Below are positions 49,420-60,069 of a stretch of 64,000 nucleotides of DNA, piece after piece (position 1 is the first letter of the stretch; each line of letters starts with the position of its first letter). A program made the position numbers and the translations under genes. The notes under the pieces were generated by a model. The model was not told the origin of the DNA and did not search any database. It worked only from the letters and a program-made list of their open reading frames with translations. The DNA comes from Raillietiella orientalis (Eukaryota), in contig JAYWIR010000040.1 of the NCBI GenBank assembly GCA_036172245.1, forward strand, positions 1,922,001 to 1,986,000, in the 5' to 3' direction.

Positions 49420-50750
49420 GTGTTTGTGCTCGACTGTGCAGTTGGCCAGGGGGAGAAAGATAGAGGATTCAGGATTATAAACTCTGCTGAAGAAAACGCA
49501 AAAGAAGGGATTTTCCCCACTCCCAGAATGCTTTCTCTCGACCTGTCCAGTTTCATTGTTGCCTTCAACTGGGTCACGCCGGAGTTGGCGGTCGTGTTTC
49601 GTGAACGCAGTCTTTCCCCTCTTGAGGCAATCAGCTCACTCTGAAGGTTAGCAAAGACAGTGCTTCTGTTTAGTGAGACCTAGGTGGTCAGGAGAGGCTT
49701 GTCCATTTTCCTCAGGAAACTCTTAGCGGACTCCCCCGGAGAAAGTCGACGTTGGGGTCCACATTGTCCCTGAGAATGATGGAAATCCTTTTGGGTTCTT
49801 CTCTGTCTTCGCTGTTTTTTCCCTTCCAGCTTTTTTTTTTTTTTTCGGGTTATTTATATTTTGGTTTGCTAAGTACCTGAAGAGCCAGTCTCATGCGTCG
49901 CGGTGAGCACTTGGCTCTTTAATATCACGCCACCCGCGGAGGTTGCGTGTAATTCTTCAAGATAGGGCACCACGGAATAAGGGGGTCCGTCCTATGAATC
50001 CAGGAAGGGCTTGGAGTCCGTTCTTCTTACGTTTGGGGAGGGATCCACTCGGGAGGGGGGGGATCGCACCGCTCACCCTAGTTGTCTCCAAAGGGAGACC
50101 CCGAAGGGAATCTTCTTTCTCATTCTCCCCCCGGGAACGGGGGTGGTCCTCTCCATTTCATCTTCTCCGAAGGGAACCCGGAAAGGATCCGCTAGTAGCA
50201 ATTTCTTCTCCGGAGAGAACCCGCAAGGGAACTGCTCACGTTCTCTCTGAAGAGCACCCCGAAGGAACGCTTCCAAAATCCAGAAAGGGTGCTGCAGCTT
50301 CCCCCAGGGGGATCGCTCTCGCTTGCTTCCTTGCAGTCTCTGGAGAGGCAGCGCCTCGGAGGGTCTCCCCCGCAACAGGGAGGGATCCGCTCATTTAAAT
50401 AACTGGAGAGGTGTCCGTGAGGGCTCCTGGTCCATCTTGAAACCGGAGGGGTTCCCCTGATGTAGGGGTCCACTCTCCGTTGTATGACCGGAGGGGGAAT
50501 CCCCCAATCCTTGATTCTTGGAAGGACACAAAGGTCGACTCCCATTGTTCTGGCCTTCATCGAGGGGGCCTCCGGCTTCAACGGCTACCGGTGCCACGCC
50601 CGAATGTCTCGGCCAACCAGCGCCATTGAAGGAGAAACTCGGAACCCAACGACGCAGTGGCGTCAGTTTCTGCCGGAGTATTTGATCCCGCGACGCATGG
50701 CACCACACACGGAAGCCTTAATCACAAAGCCTCCGAAGCGGGCAAAGGTC
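49420..50750 (+). mobile_element. Second repeat family, copy 1: gag-like knuckle, T-run, long hairpin-rich region
   Basis: CFCLVRPRWSGEAC at 49661-49702 (CCHC spacing, degenerate); T15 at 49831-49845; 49776-50748 aligns by eye with the reverse complement of 53812-54674. Confidence 0.6.
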
Positions 50751-52555
50751 ACATCGGAAAGCTCCTGGGAGGCGGTAGCCTCTTCGGCAGCGTTCGAATT
50801 AGTAATGGATATTGAAACCAGGGTTTTCATGACTGAGGGAAACGACCCTACTTTGATTCATAAGGTAAGGTATCCAATTCCGTGTGCAGGGGGTTCGTCA
50901 AAGCACTCCAACTTCTCGGAGTGCTCTGTAGCAACCTCCGGGCGCTCGTGATTCGCGGTGGCTTGGGGGTCCTTTGCAGCAATGCAGCGTTGGTCCATCG
51001 CCTAATTAAGTCTCCAGTAAGCGTGACGGAAGATGGTTCTTACCACCTCATAGGACAAGTCGAGATTTGATTCACCAAAGGGGGATCACCTTGCAGAGAC
51101 ATCGTTGCGCCGGAATCGTCGAGCTCAGTACTTTCCACGCAATCTGCCGTGGAATCAGACACTGACCTTTCAAAGTGTTTAGTGGGTTGTCCGTTTGCGA
51201 ATGGCAGTGTCAAACAGGTCGGTCATTCAACACGAATTGTGTCGATGATGAAACCGGAAAAAAGAACGACTGCACCCAAGTGGCCCAAGGTCCGAACTTC
51301 CGCGTGGACGACGTTGCGCAGAAAACGTTTCCTCCTAAAGCTGGAACGGGAAGCTCACGGTCTTCATGTGTGAACGGTCTTCACCACCTCATCCTTCGAT
51401 GTTGCGCCGTCTGCGAAGGAATTTCTTCGTTGCCGCTTCGTCGCCGATGCAAGATGGAGGGATTTGGCTTCCCGTTGGAGTGACCGGCGCCTCACTGTTG
51501 GGATGCCGGATCTTCTGCCGTCCGATGAACATGGCGACTCATCTAGGCTGCTGAAACTCTGGAAGTGTTCCCGGAGGAACTTCTTCCTTTGCAATCTTTC
51601 CTGAATCATTCCCTGCAAGATATCCTGCAGGACTGGACCAAGTGGTCCTAACCGGAAATCACACTCCTTACTGCAGAGCTCTTGACCCTGAGCGCAAGCA
51701 GCGACAGCTGCTCCCACCGAAGATGTGAGAGTTGTGCACCGCTGCGGGAGTAAACACAGTCCTTGGTGGCTGGAAGACGAGCGAGCTAGTGGACGCCACC
51801 ATTCCGATTCGTGGAGTGGCGGCATTTACCAACTTGACCGACGGATTGTCAAGTGAAGAGCACTTCTGAGTGTAATTTCCGAAGAACTGATGGTCCCTTC
51901 CCTCTGTTTCGTCTCTTCGGTGCTCCCTCCGAAGTGGGAGCGCGAGGTGTACTCTTTGCTCCCAGTGTGATGAGCGCCTACACCTCGTTACTCGGAAAGT
52001 TACATCCTCGAACTGCTCAAGGTGCAGGACTATCGAATCGTTTCCGCACCTGTTGTTGGACTGCTGTGTCCTCCAGGGACTGTGGTGGAGGCTGGCTTCA
52101 TTGCTTCTGCACCCGGAGGACACCGCCAAGGATTTGCTGAGGTGATTCTTCCTTCGCGCGCAGCGGACTCCCAGCAGACGACATGAGCGCGGCATTTTGT
52201 TGCATCTGCGCACCATCGTGACCTCTCGCCACATGCTGAAGTTTCTGGCGCAGCGACGGGAGACCACTCTCATGACAGCCTCTTCCCTGAGGACTGCAAC
52301 GAGGGGTACTCATCTGTACGAAGATCAGGGAGATCGATTGCATTCTACACCAGTTCTAGAAGGAAGGAGCGGTCCAAATCGAAAACCAGCATCCTCTTCC
52401 TCCCTATTTTTTTTTTATTCATTCATTGTGCCCTCCCACTCGTTCCAAACTCCCTGAGTGACCGTCCTGCGTGTCGGCAATCCCTCCCTTCAAACTTCTT
52501 TTTTCATCCTTTGGGACTTGGCCTCCAAGTTCTTTGTCCCTTTATGTAATAAACA
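50750..52555 (+). mobile_element. Decayed L1/Tx1-like ORF2 (RT to 3' end)
   Basis: QGVRQSTPTS at 50887-50916, KCLVGCPF (~51180), WTTLRRKRFLLK (~51310), intact knuckle CSRCRTIESFPHLLLDC at 52014-52064, T-rich UTR at ~52410, TGTAATAAAC at ~52545. Confidence 0.8.
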
Positions 52556-52569
52556 ATCCTGCTTGACCT

Positions 52570-53810
52570 GGTGAAAAATGGCGTGGCAAGCCGATGTCCG
52601 AGGCGCTACACCGACGAAGAACCTGGAATCCGAGAAGGAAGCGGAGGTCGTTCTTGCAAAGGAGAACTCGTGCTATTTTCTCCGGAAACGCCCATTGACC
52701 ACATGTTCCTCGACCGCCACCTGTGTATTCCGCGGGAACGGCGAAGGCAAATACGGTCTACCTCCGTCAGATCAATCTAGGATCGAAACCGATCTGATTC
52801 CACCGGGGTGGGAGCGCCGGGATACCTTTCTCCACTCGCTCACCTTCGGCAGACAGCCGAATGTCAGGCACCTAGCAGAGGGCGCTGTGTAGGCTAAGAG
52901 GCACGTCTAGCAGTCGGCACAGCAGGCCTGCCAAACTCCGAAGGCCGGGTGGGCAGCTCACCGAAACACACACGATACCCAAGAAGACGCTGGTAAGAAG
53001 ACGCTGCTTCAGCCTACATGCGGTGGTGCCTCTTGAAGAGAATAGCTTCATGCAGCTCCTCGGAGATCAGGGGACTTCTAGCTCTCTGGATGAGCTCTTC
53101 GTGATTAGCAAAACCACTGCCGCTGTCAGAAGGCTGAAAAAAGGACGGGCTACCCTCGGAGTTGCACAAACTCTTCGTGGCAAACGGGCTCCCACTATTC
53201 AGAAATTCACGCTCCTAATCTGAAGACTAATGCAATCTTGCATGCCTCTTCGGATTAGCCATGGTTCGTCTCTTTTCCAAAAGGAAGATCCTCGCTGCTT
53301 GAGGAACTACTTGTGAGCAGGGACGCCAAGCTGCTCTTTAAAAAGTGTAGGATAAGAGAATAGGGCAGGTGTGAAATCCATATTCATCCTGGAACAGACC
53401 TATGCGGTCCCGGGGTCGAACCACGGATGCCGACTTGCTTCATACTCATACCTGGTCCCGACTGAGCGAGGAAGAGTCCACCACTGCCTCCAGAAACAGC
53501 GCTAGCTGCTCAGGACATCACCCAAGAAGGGAGAGTACTGACTGTCGCAATCGATTTGCAAGAGGCTTTTCGCGTCATCGATCAGGAGTCCCTTCCGACG
53601 GTGCTCAAACGAGTTGGCTTGCCTGCCTACTTTCTCGGCTATCTTCTCCCGCTGGAGCGCCAAGCGAGAGAATTTCCTTCTTTCCCGACGGCCCTCCTAA
53701 CTCCTAACCGGAGAGTGTTGTTTGAGCCCGATGCTCTTCGGACTTGTGCTGCACGCGAAACGGCAAACTCTAGCCTATCTCCCTTCAAACCCGGACAACA
53801 CAAGGAGTGG
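52570..53810 (+). mobile_element. Decayed LINE ORF2, 5' half (endonuclease to RT domain 4)
   Basis: WQADVRG...EVVLAKEN (~WNVRG...D..LQET), QSRIE, AIDLQEAFRVIDQESLPTVLKRVGLPAYF (53547-53633), LSPMLFGLVL (53722-53751). Confidence 0.75.
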
Positions 53811-53811
53811 C

Positions 53812-55440
53812 GGCCTACGCTCACGTCGGAGACCACGTGGTTGCGGTCTCCGCGCATGGCACCAGGCCACGCGGGTTCGAACACTCCGAAGCAATCGACG
53901 CCGAGGGATGGGGGTGCGTCGTGGGTTCGAGTTCCTCCTGAAAGATGACACTGGTGCGGCACCGGTGGCGGTTAAAACCGGATGCCCCGAGGCGTGGCCG
54001 GGATTGGGAGTCGATCCTCCGGGGTCCCTCCAGAAACTAAATCAAGAAGTCCGGTTCCCCTCGGAGTTCCTCTTCAGTGGAGCAAAGGAGCGGATACCTC
54101 CTTTTGAAAGACCCTCCATCTCGCACCATGGAGCTGGTGGATTGATGATGCCTCTCCAGAGTGCAAAGAAGCATGCCACTCCCTTTCAGAAATTTTTTCA
54201 GAAGGGTGATACCCTTCTGAAAAAATTTTGAAGCGTCCCTTCGGGGTTCTCTTCAGAGGAGTAAACAGGAGCGGACCCCTGCAGGGGTCCCTCCGGAGAG
54301 CCTAAGGGAAGAGATTCCCTTTAGGGTTCCCTTCAGAGACAATCAGGGTGGAGGGTTCCCTTCGGGTATCCATCCCCAGAAGTGAGAGGAATGGAACTCC
54401 CTTCTCTGGATCCCTTCCTGAATTCATAGGCTGGTCCCCTCCAGGGTTGGCCAAGGTAGTTCAGCAATTGAGTATCGTGTGGGTCCTCGATAAAAAGTAT
54501 CTCCCGGGATACCCCCACCTTGAAGAATTACATGCTCTCTCGGGCGGTGTTGAACAGCATCAAAGAGCTGCATTGGCCACCAGGAGCGCAACGGCTCTTG
54601 AGGTACTTGGCAAACCAAAAAAATGAAAACCTGAAAGAAAGACAACAAAGAACCCTAAAAAGAATCTCCATCATCATCCTCTTCTGCAGCCTCACTCGAG
54701 ACCCTTTTCAAGTTCATTAGTAGGGGCGCCAGCGTCTACGCTGACAGACAGAAGTCCAAAATCTTGGCGTTTGGTTCATCGCCGCATGAAGACTGGTCCT
54801 CGTTGGAAATCCTACCTATGGGTACGCATCGTGGGTTCGTTCCCATCGGAGGAGGTCTAGACCGCCTGCTTGGAAGAGGCGCAATGTGCCCTGGCCCTCC
54901 TTCGCGAAGGCGAACTGTTGCTCCCCGAGAGGGCAACTATAGGAAACATCTTTTTTGCGTCTCTTTTTCCGGTTCTCTTTCTTCGTTATTTTAGGAGGAT
55001 ATGCAGTCAGGTCATCTTCCTATGCGGCAAACCCTGTGGCGCTTCTCCAGATAAAAAGTAAGTTTGAAGGATACCAAGTCCTTGGTGTCCTTCAGCCTTG
55101 GTATATTCCCTTGCCAGGATGCGGACCTGAACTTGTTCACTGCTGGAAGGATGCAGATGCAAGCATCGTTCCGCAGGTTGGCGCTCATGACGAGGCTGAT
55201 ACTTCTCGCGCTTCCTCGTGAGGAATGCGGTAAACTGCGAAGGTCTTGCGGTCGCCCTCCCACGCAGCCGCAGGCGGGGGCGGGTCTGTGTTGCCCGCTC
55301 CGCACAATTGCGTCGCTGCTGGAGGATCACGATTGCACCTCCCACCGTCCACCTAGCGGAAACGCTTGGCACCGGGAACATCTGAAAACACGGAGGCGCC
55401 CGAAAAAACCAGCCCTCCCAACAGCGGCGCCATGAGACGC
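53812..55440 (-). mobile_element. Second repeat family, copy 2
   Basis: Inverted homology to 49776-50748; KRCFL...GGPGHIAPLP knuckle-like motifs at ~54875-54955; acidic tail EEDDDG at ~54675. The upper boundary is inferred from the interrupted host LINE. Confidence 0.6.
54190..54228. repeat. Perfect 18-bp inverted repeat, 3-nt loop
   Basis: AAATTTTTTCAGAAGGGT-gat-ACCCTTCTGAAAAAATTT. Confidence 0.95.
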
Positions 55441-56430
55441 CTGCGGAGGCTCACCCTCCCTCCCTCTCCCTCGACGATGCTCACTTCCTCCCAGAACCCA
55501 GAGCGCTGGCATCCAGGACACGATGCGTCCCCTGCTGCATTCATGGGAGGCAGAAGCTTCTGCAGAATAGGGGAGGTGACCTGCCGGCTCACCAAGCCCA
55601 TCGCTCAGTGGTGAACGTCCCGGCTAGCGAACAAAGACATGCAAAAGTCCCTGGGCTGATGGGCCGCAAGGGGAATGAGGTTTCTCGGAGTCCCCCTCAG
55701 GACCCTGGCTTCTCGGCAGAGACGGCTCCGTGCTCCCTCTCCGTCTTCGGTAGTCCGCCATCTTGCTGGTACACCAAACTTTTCCCTGTGACGAGGATCT
55801 TTTCTCCATCACGGCTAAGAAGGGAGAGTGTACAAGGAGTGCACCCGCTTGGGTGTAGCGCACCTGCTGCTTGGATGCTCAAGGCTAGGATGGGACGGAT
55901 GCACCTCTTTCCCCCGATACCATCCCTGAGGATCTGTTTGGAGGGACGCCCGCCCACCAGTCCACTTGCCTGCCGGTTGCGTGGCCCACTAGCGGTTCCC
56001 TGCCGCGTGCGAGGAGCGGTGGCTGCCGACATGGAGTAGGAAGGGTGGGCAGGATGGTTTTCGTGCCGGGAAGCCATTTGCAATCTCCACGAGAAGGCCA
56101 TTGAAATGGCGGGACGTGAGGTCCAAGGAGTTGACCCGATACCCGTACCCCACCCACCCCTATCCGACGCAGAACACTCGGAACACCGCAGGACCAAGCC
56201 ACCTCATTCCTTATTCCTTTGTTAATTCATCATGCCTCCCTCTCTCCTCCTTTCTCGCGCAGTCTCCAGTGAAGGTGGGCCACTTTGGTTTTGGCCGGCA
56301 CGTGCCGGTCCTTCTGCAGATGCACAAATTTCATTTGTTTATCTTCAATAAATGGCCCGAAAATGCGGGATGAAGTGGTCACGACTAGTCATGTCGGTCA
56401 CGTTTATTTAGATATATAAATAAACTATAA
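55440..56430 (+). mobile_element. Decayed LINE ORF2, 3' half (from YADD)
   Basis: LSLDDAHFL (~55470), FCRIGEVTCRLTK (~55560), KVPGL (~55645), FSAETA...SCWY (~55710-55770); AT-rich 3' end at 56330-56432. Confidence 0.6.
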
Positions 56431-56479
56431 AAATGCGTTCAAAGATTTTGCCGACTCGCAGGTGGACGTTTTGCAAGAA

Positions 56480-58850
56480 AAAAGAAGGCGCGGTGCGCGG
56501 TGGAAACTAGATAGACAAGATAAAAAGAAGGAAGAATTAGGCAAGTGGGATTGCTCAAGGAACATCAAGGAACACTGACAAAATAGAGGGATAACCAGGT
56601 GTGGGCCTAATTGCAGCACAGTTCAGGGAAGCAGACGAAAGAGGTGGCATCTGGATTCGCTTCCTCGTTTTCCCTTTTGCTTTTCTATAATCCGGGCAGC
56701 GTCCTCCTTCATTTCGGGACCGAGGCAGAGCCATCTTGCTGCTCTCCTCGCCATGGAGAGGGTGAAACAGATGGCCATTCTCCAGTGCTTCCGCCGCGTG
56801 GCTATCCGCGGCTGCAGCACGGATGTAGCACAGTGCCGCCCGGCACCCGAGAGTCCTGGCATCGCGAAGGGACTCTTCCGGATGCAAGAGGTCTTCTGTT
56901 GCCACGCGTTGTCACTCGATGAGGCGAACTCTCTGTCGAGAAACAGGTGTGAAGGCTCGTGTGAGTGGCCCCTTGTTCGACACAGTTTCGGACACGAGTC
57001 CCCGTCCATGCAGTTGCGCGGGAGTTGACCGCACGGGAAACCCCTGGCCTGTATCAAGATTGACGCCAGTTGCTGTGACCGGAGGGGAAGCACTGAACCC
57101 GCCTAGGAGGATGGTGTGGATTATCAGCACATGCAGAGGAGAATGCCGCGATTGTCTGTCCGCCAGTGCAGTCCTCGGCCGCGAGCACGTAGTGTGAAGA
57201 CGCCCGAAAGTTCTAGGGACGACCAGCCGCTCATCGGCCTTTGCTGACTCGTGCTATGCAGCAGGAATCCTTCCACCTAGCTAGCTGGTCACTTCCATTT
57301 GTAGGGAGGGCAGCGGTCCGGCTAGTGAGGTGGCAATGATGCATATCCACTTGGGATTCCATTGTATCTCCTCGCAGGGCCACCATCCGGAAGTGTTGAA
57401 CGGGACGGAGCAGTTCCGGGACAGTCAGAGAGACTCGTGCCCAGGAATCGGCGACTTCCTTGTGCCATGTGCTGTAATTAAAGGATCGGAAGGAGAACTA
57501 TCTATGTGAACTATCGCAGCAGGTGAACCGAGTTCTAGAAAGGAGATCCTAAAGGCTGTTGCCTGCCTGTTGCGGTTTCGAGAGGGGAGAGATTCTCGTT
57601 CTCCTAAGCCGACTGCGTGCCGGAGGATGCGCTCATAGAGATACTAGAGTTCTTTTCACTAGTTAGGGCGATAGCCTGCAAAAGGAAACCTGCAGTTCCG
57701 GTTTTTCAAGCATTGACATGCCGGATCCAGCATCACAGTGCTGGTCCAAGAACTCTTTGAGACGAATCTGGGACCCTGCCGTGCTTGCGCAGCCTTTCAG
57801 TTCTTCCTCTGTTCTACTTTCCTTTTCGTAGGGTAAGGGACAAACAAACATTAGGGATCGGAGGAGTGGGACAATGAAGACCTGCCATGTGTCCGCTCGT
57901 TTCCGCAAGAGGAAAATATCGCCCAACAGGATCAACTCCCTTTCCTCTTTGTGGACGTGCTTCTGAGGCGCAGAAGTTTCCCACTGGTACACAAAGCACC
58001 GAAAAGTGCTACCCATAGGGATCCAGTCTGGCTGTTTTTCTTACTGTTTCGTAGCTGGAATGGCCATCGACTCATCCCTGCTCGCACTCATGCCCACTGC
58101 CCGGTGGATCAGCTCGAAGAATTCCTCGAGGGACGCCTCCGGGGAAAACACAGGTAAAAGAAGAATGAGGCCACAGTGTAAGTTCAGACGGTGGCAGGGG
58201 CTTCAGGATTTTTTTTCTCGTGCTAATTCGAAGTGCACTGAATAGTTACGGGCTCGGACTGCCTCCCTCTCAGGTATCTCGCCTCAAAGGTACGCCATGC
58301 ATACGAACGCTGGAGAACCACACGGAAAGCAGGGAGGCCAGCCGGGTTGCGGGAAATCCCAGGAAGATCAGTAGCTCCAAAACGAGTTCCTGGTCGGCCG
58401 GACCAAAGATCTTATCAAAATCAGGCTCATGGCTGCCACGAAAGCCCCCGGCACATCTTCCTGTTAGTTTCCCCCTATTGTTCGAGCCGGTCAATCAAAG
58501 TCCCAAGGCAGTCGAGCGCAAGTATAGCATCGAGCACGATGCTATACAGAATCTGGACCGGTCTGCTCCACAGACCGGGTCAATTCGCACGCTCGAGGAA
58601 AAAGTGCTGTCTGGTCTGATCACGGACTTTGCCGCCCCCTAAGACTCTGCTGGCGAAGACTGGTCCACAACAGATGTTTAAGAATAAAAGCTGTTCCTTG
58701 TTGGACCCATAGCCTCTTGCTAGTTGCTGGGGACTCCTTACTGTTGAGTCAAACCTTCCCTTTTGATTTTTGGTGTTGAGCGGGAACAAAGGTCCTCTTT
58801 TGGCTACAATGGAGGAGTGTGCTTGGTCTTTCAGAGAATAGTCTAGCTGT
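56480..58850 (-). mobile_element. Decayed L1/Tx1-like ORF2 (RT to 3' end)
   Basis: WSRPVQIL (~58560), PDFDKIFGPADQELVLELLIFLGFP (58350-58425), VRMHG, EGGSPSP*LF (~58255), AVGMSASRDES (~58085), LLRKRADTWQVFIVPLL...CPLP (~57840-57910). Confidence 0.8.
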
Positions 58851-58899
58851 GCCCCCAGCAGATGAATCAGCTATGTTGAATGATGAAACACACCCTCAG

Positions 58900-59780
58900 T
58901 TTGCTAAGTTTCCTCACTCATGATCTCGAAATTTATAGCTCTTTCAGAACATCGGTGTTCTTAGGAGATCACGATCAACTGACTGGCGATGATAGCCCAA
59001 GCTCACCCACATCGCGGGACGAACGATCCTACGTGACGAATGATCCGCTGCATGAGCACCCTCAGCTTCAACAAGTGATGAACAGAAGGATGGATACTTC
59101 GAATTATAGCTCCTTAGTTCCTTGGATAAATCTTCCAGACAAGAACGACTTCATAACCATCCTTTGTTGTGGCGAAGGATCTTAGAGAAACGAAGGAGAA
59201 ACGAAGGACTCCTTCGTAGGTGGTGCTTTGCTTAGCAACGAAAGAGGAGGATCTTCTGATGATGCTGTTTAGCAGACTCAGCGGTGAAAGGAGACAGGCA
59301 CCATCATGATGGAGTGGCCGCAGGAACTCCGGCATCTGGACCCACGTCCACTTCGATGGCATTCATGGCACATCACTGACCATCGGGGAATCTAGAATTG
59401 GTTCTAGAAGCTCCATGGAATGGCTGTTTGAGATGATGAAATTTGAGAGGCTGCGAGTCTACAGCACCTCTTATCTCGACAGGAAAATAGGGGCTCTTGG
59501 CAGGTAGATCTTGGTATGAGGGAATGTCTGCTTGTGAGAATCAGGTAGGTCATCCACTCTCGGATCGCTATGCAGCTCCCCTGCGGTAGTGGGGAGATAT
59601 AAGAGCACCCTTTGCATCGCTGAATGACTGTTCCCGCATTTTCCGCATCAGGATAAAGATCCTTGAAGAAAGGATAGGTTGCTGAGGACTCACTCATCCT
59701 TTCCTTCCTAAAGCAAGCATCCGTTGAGGCATGCCAACCAGCTGAAGACGCAAAATCATTGTCCACCAATCCTGTGCAAA
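58900..59780 (-). mobile_element. Decayed LINE RT fragment
   Basis: FFKDLY (~59660), LPQGS (~59580), ILDSPMVSDVP (~59380), CLLSPLSLLN (~59285), SFATT (~59172), VWKIYP (~59130). Confidence 0.5.
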
Positions 59781-59839
59781 GCGGGGAAAAGAAGTTGCGG
59801 TACCAAGCACGATACTGGGAACTGTAGCAGCCTTCTCCT

Positions 59840-60060
59840 GTTGACAGCAGCAGCAGAAGCAAACAGTAAGAGGAGGAGGAGTGGAAGTAGTTGCAGTAGT
59901 CGCAGTTGAAGTAGCAAGAAGGTGCAGCAGGAGAATACCATGGCAGTAACAGGAGAAATGACATCAGTAGTAAAAGCAGAGTAGCCGTAGCAACAGCAGT
60001 AATAATAGTAGTAAAGCAGAAACAGTAGTATCAGAAAATAGGGAAAGAGAAAGGAAGAAG
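59840..60060. repeat. Degenerate AGC/AGT/AGG/AAT trinucleotide low-complexity tract
   Basis: Runs such as cagcagcagcag, gaggaggaggag and cagcagtaataatagtagtaa. Confidence 0.8.
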
Positions 60061-60069
60061 ACGAATTTT

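Noticed and set aside
50085..50270. CRISPR array
   Set aside because: Only about 4 degenerate units, irregular spacers, no cas genes, eukaryotic repeat context.
49776..54674. Single DNA transposon or DIRS element bounded by long terminal inverted repeats
   Set aside because: The interior consists of two ordinary LINE relics, with no transposase or tyrosine recombinase seen; copy 2 appears independently inserted into one of them; the arms are substantially diverged.
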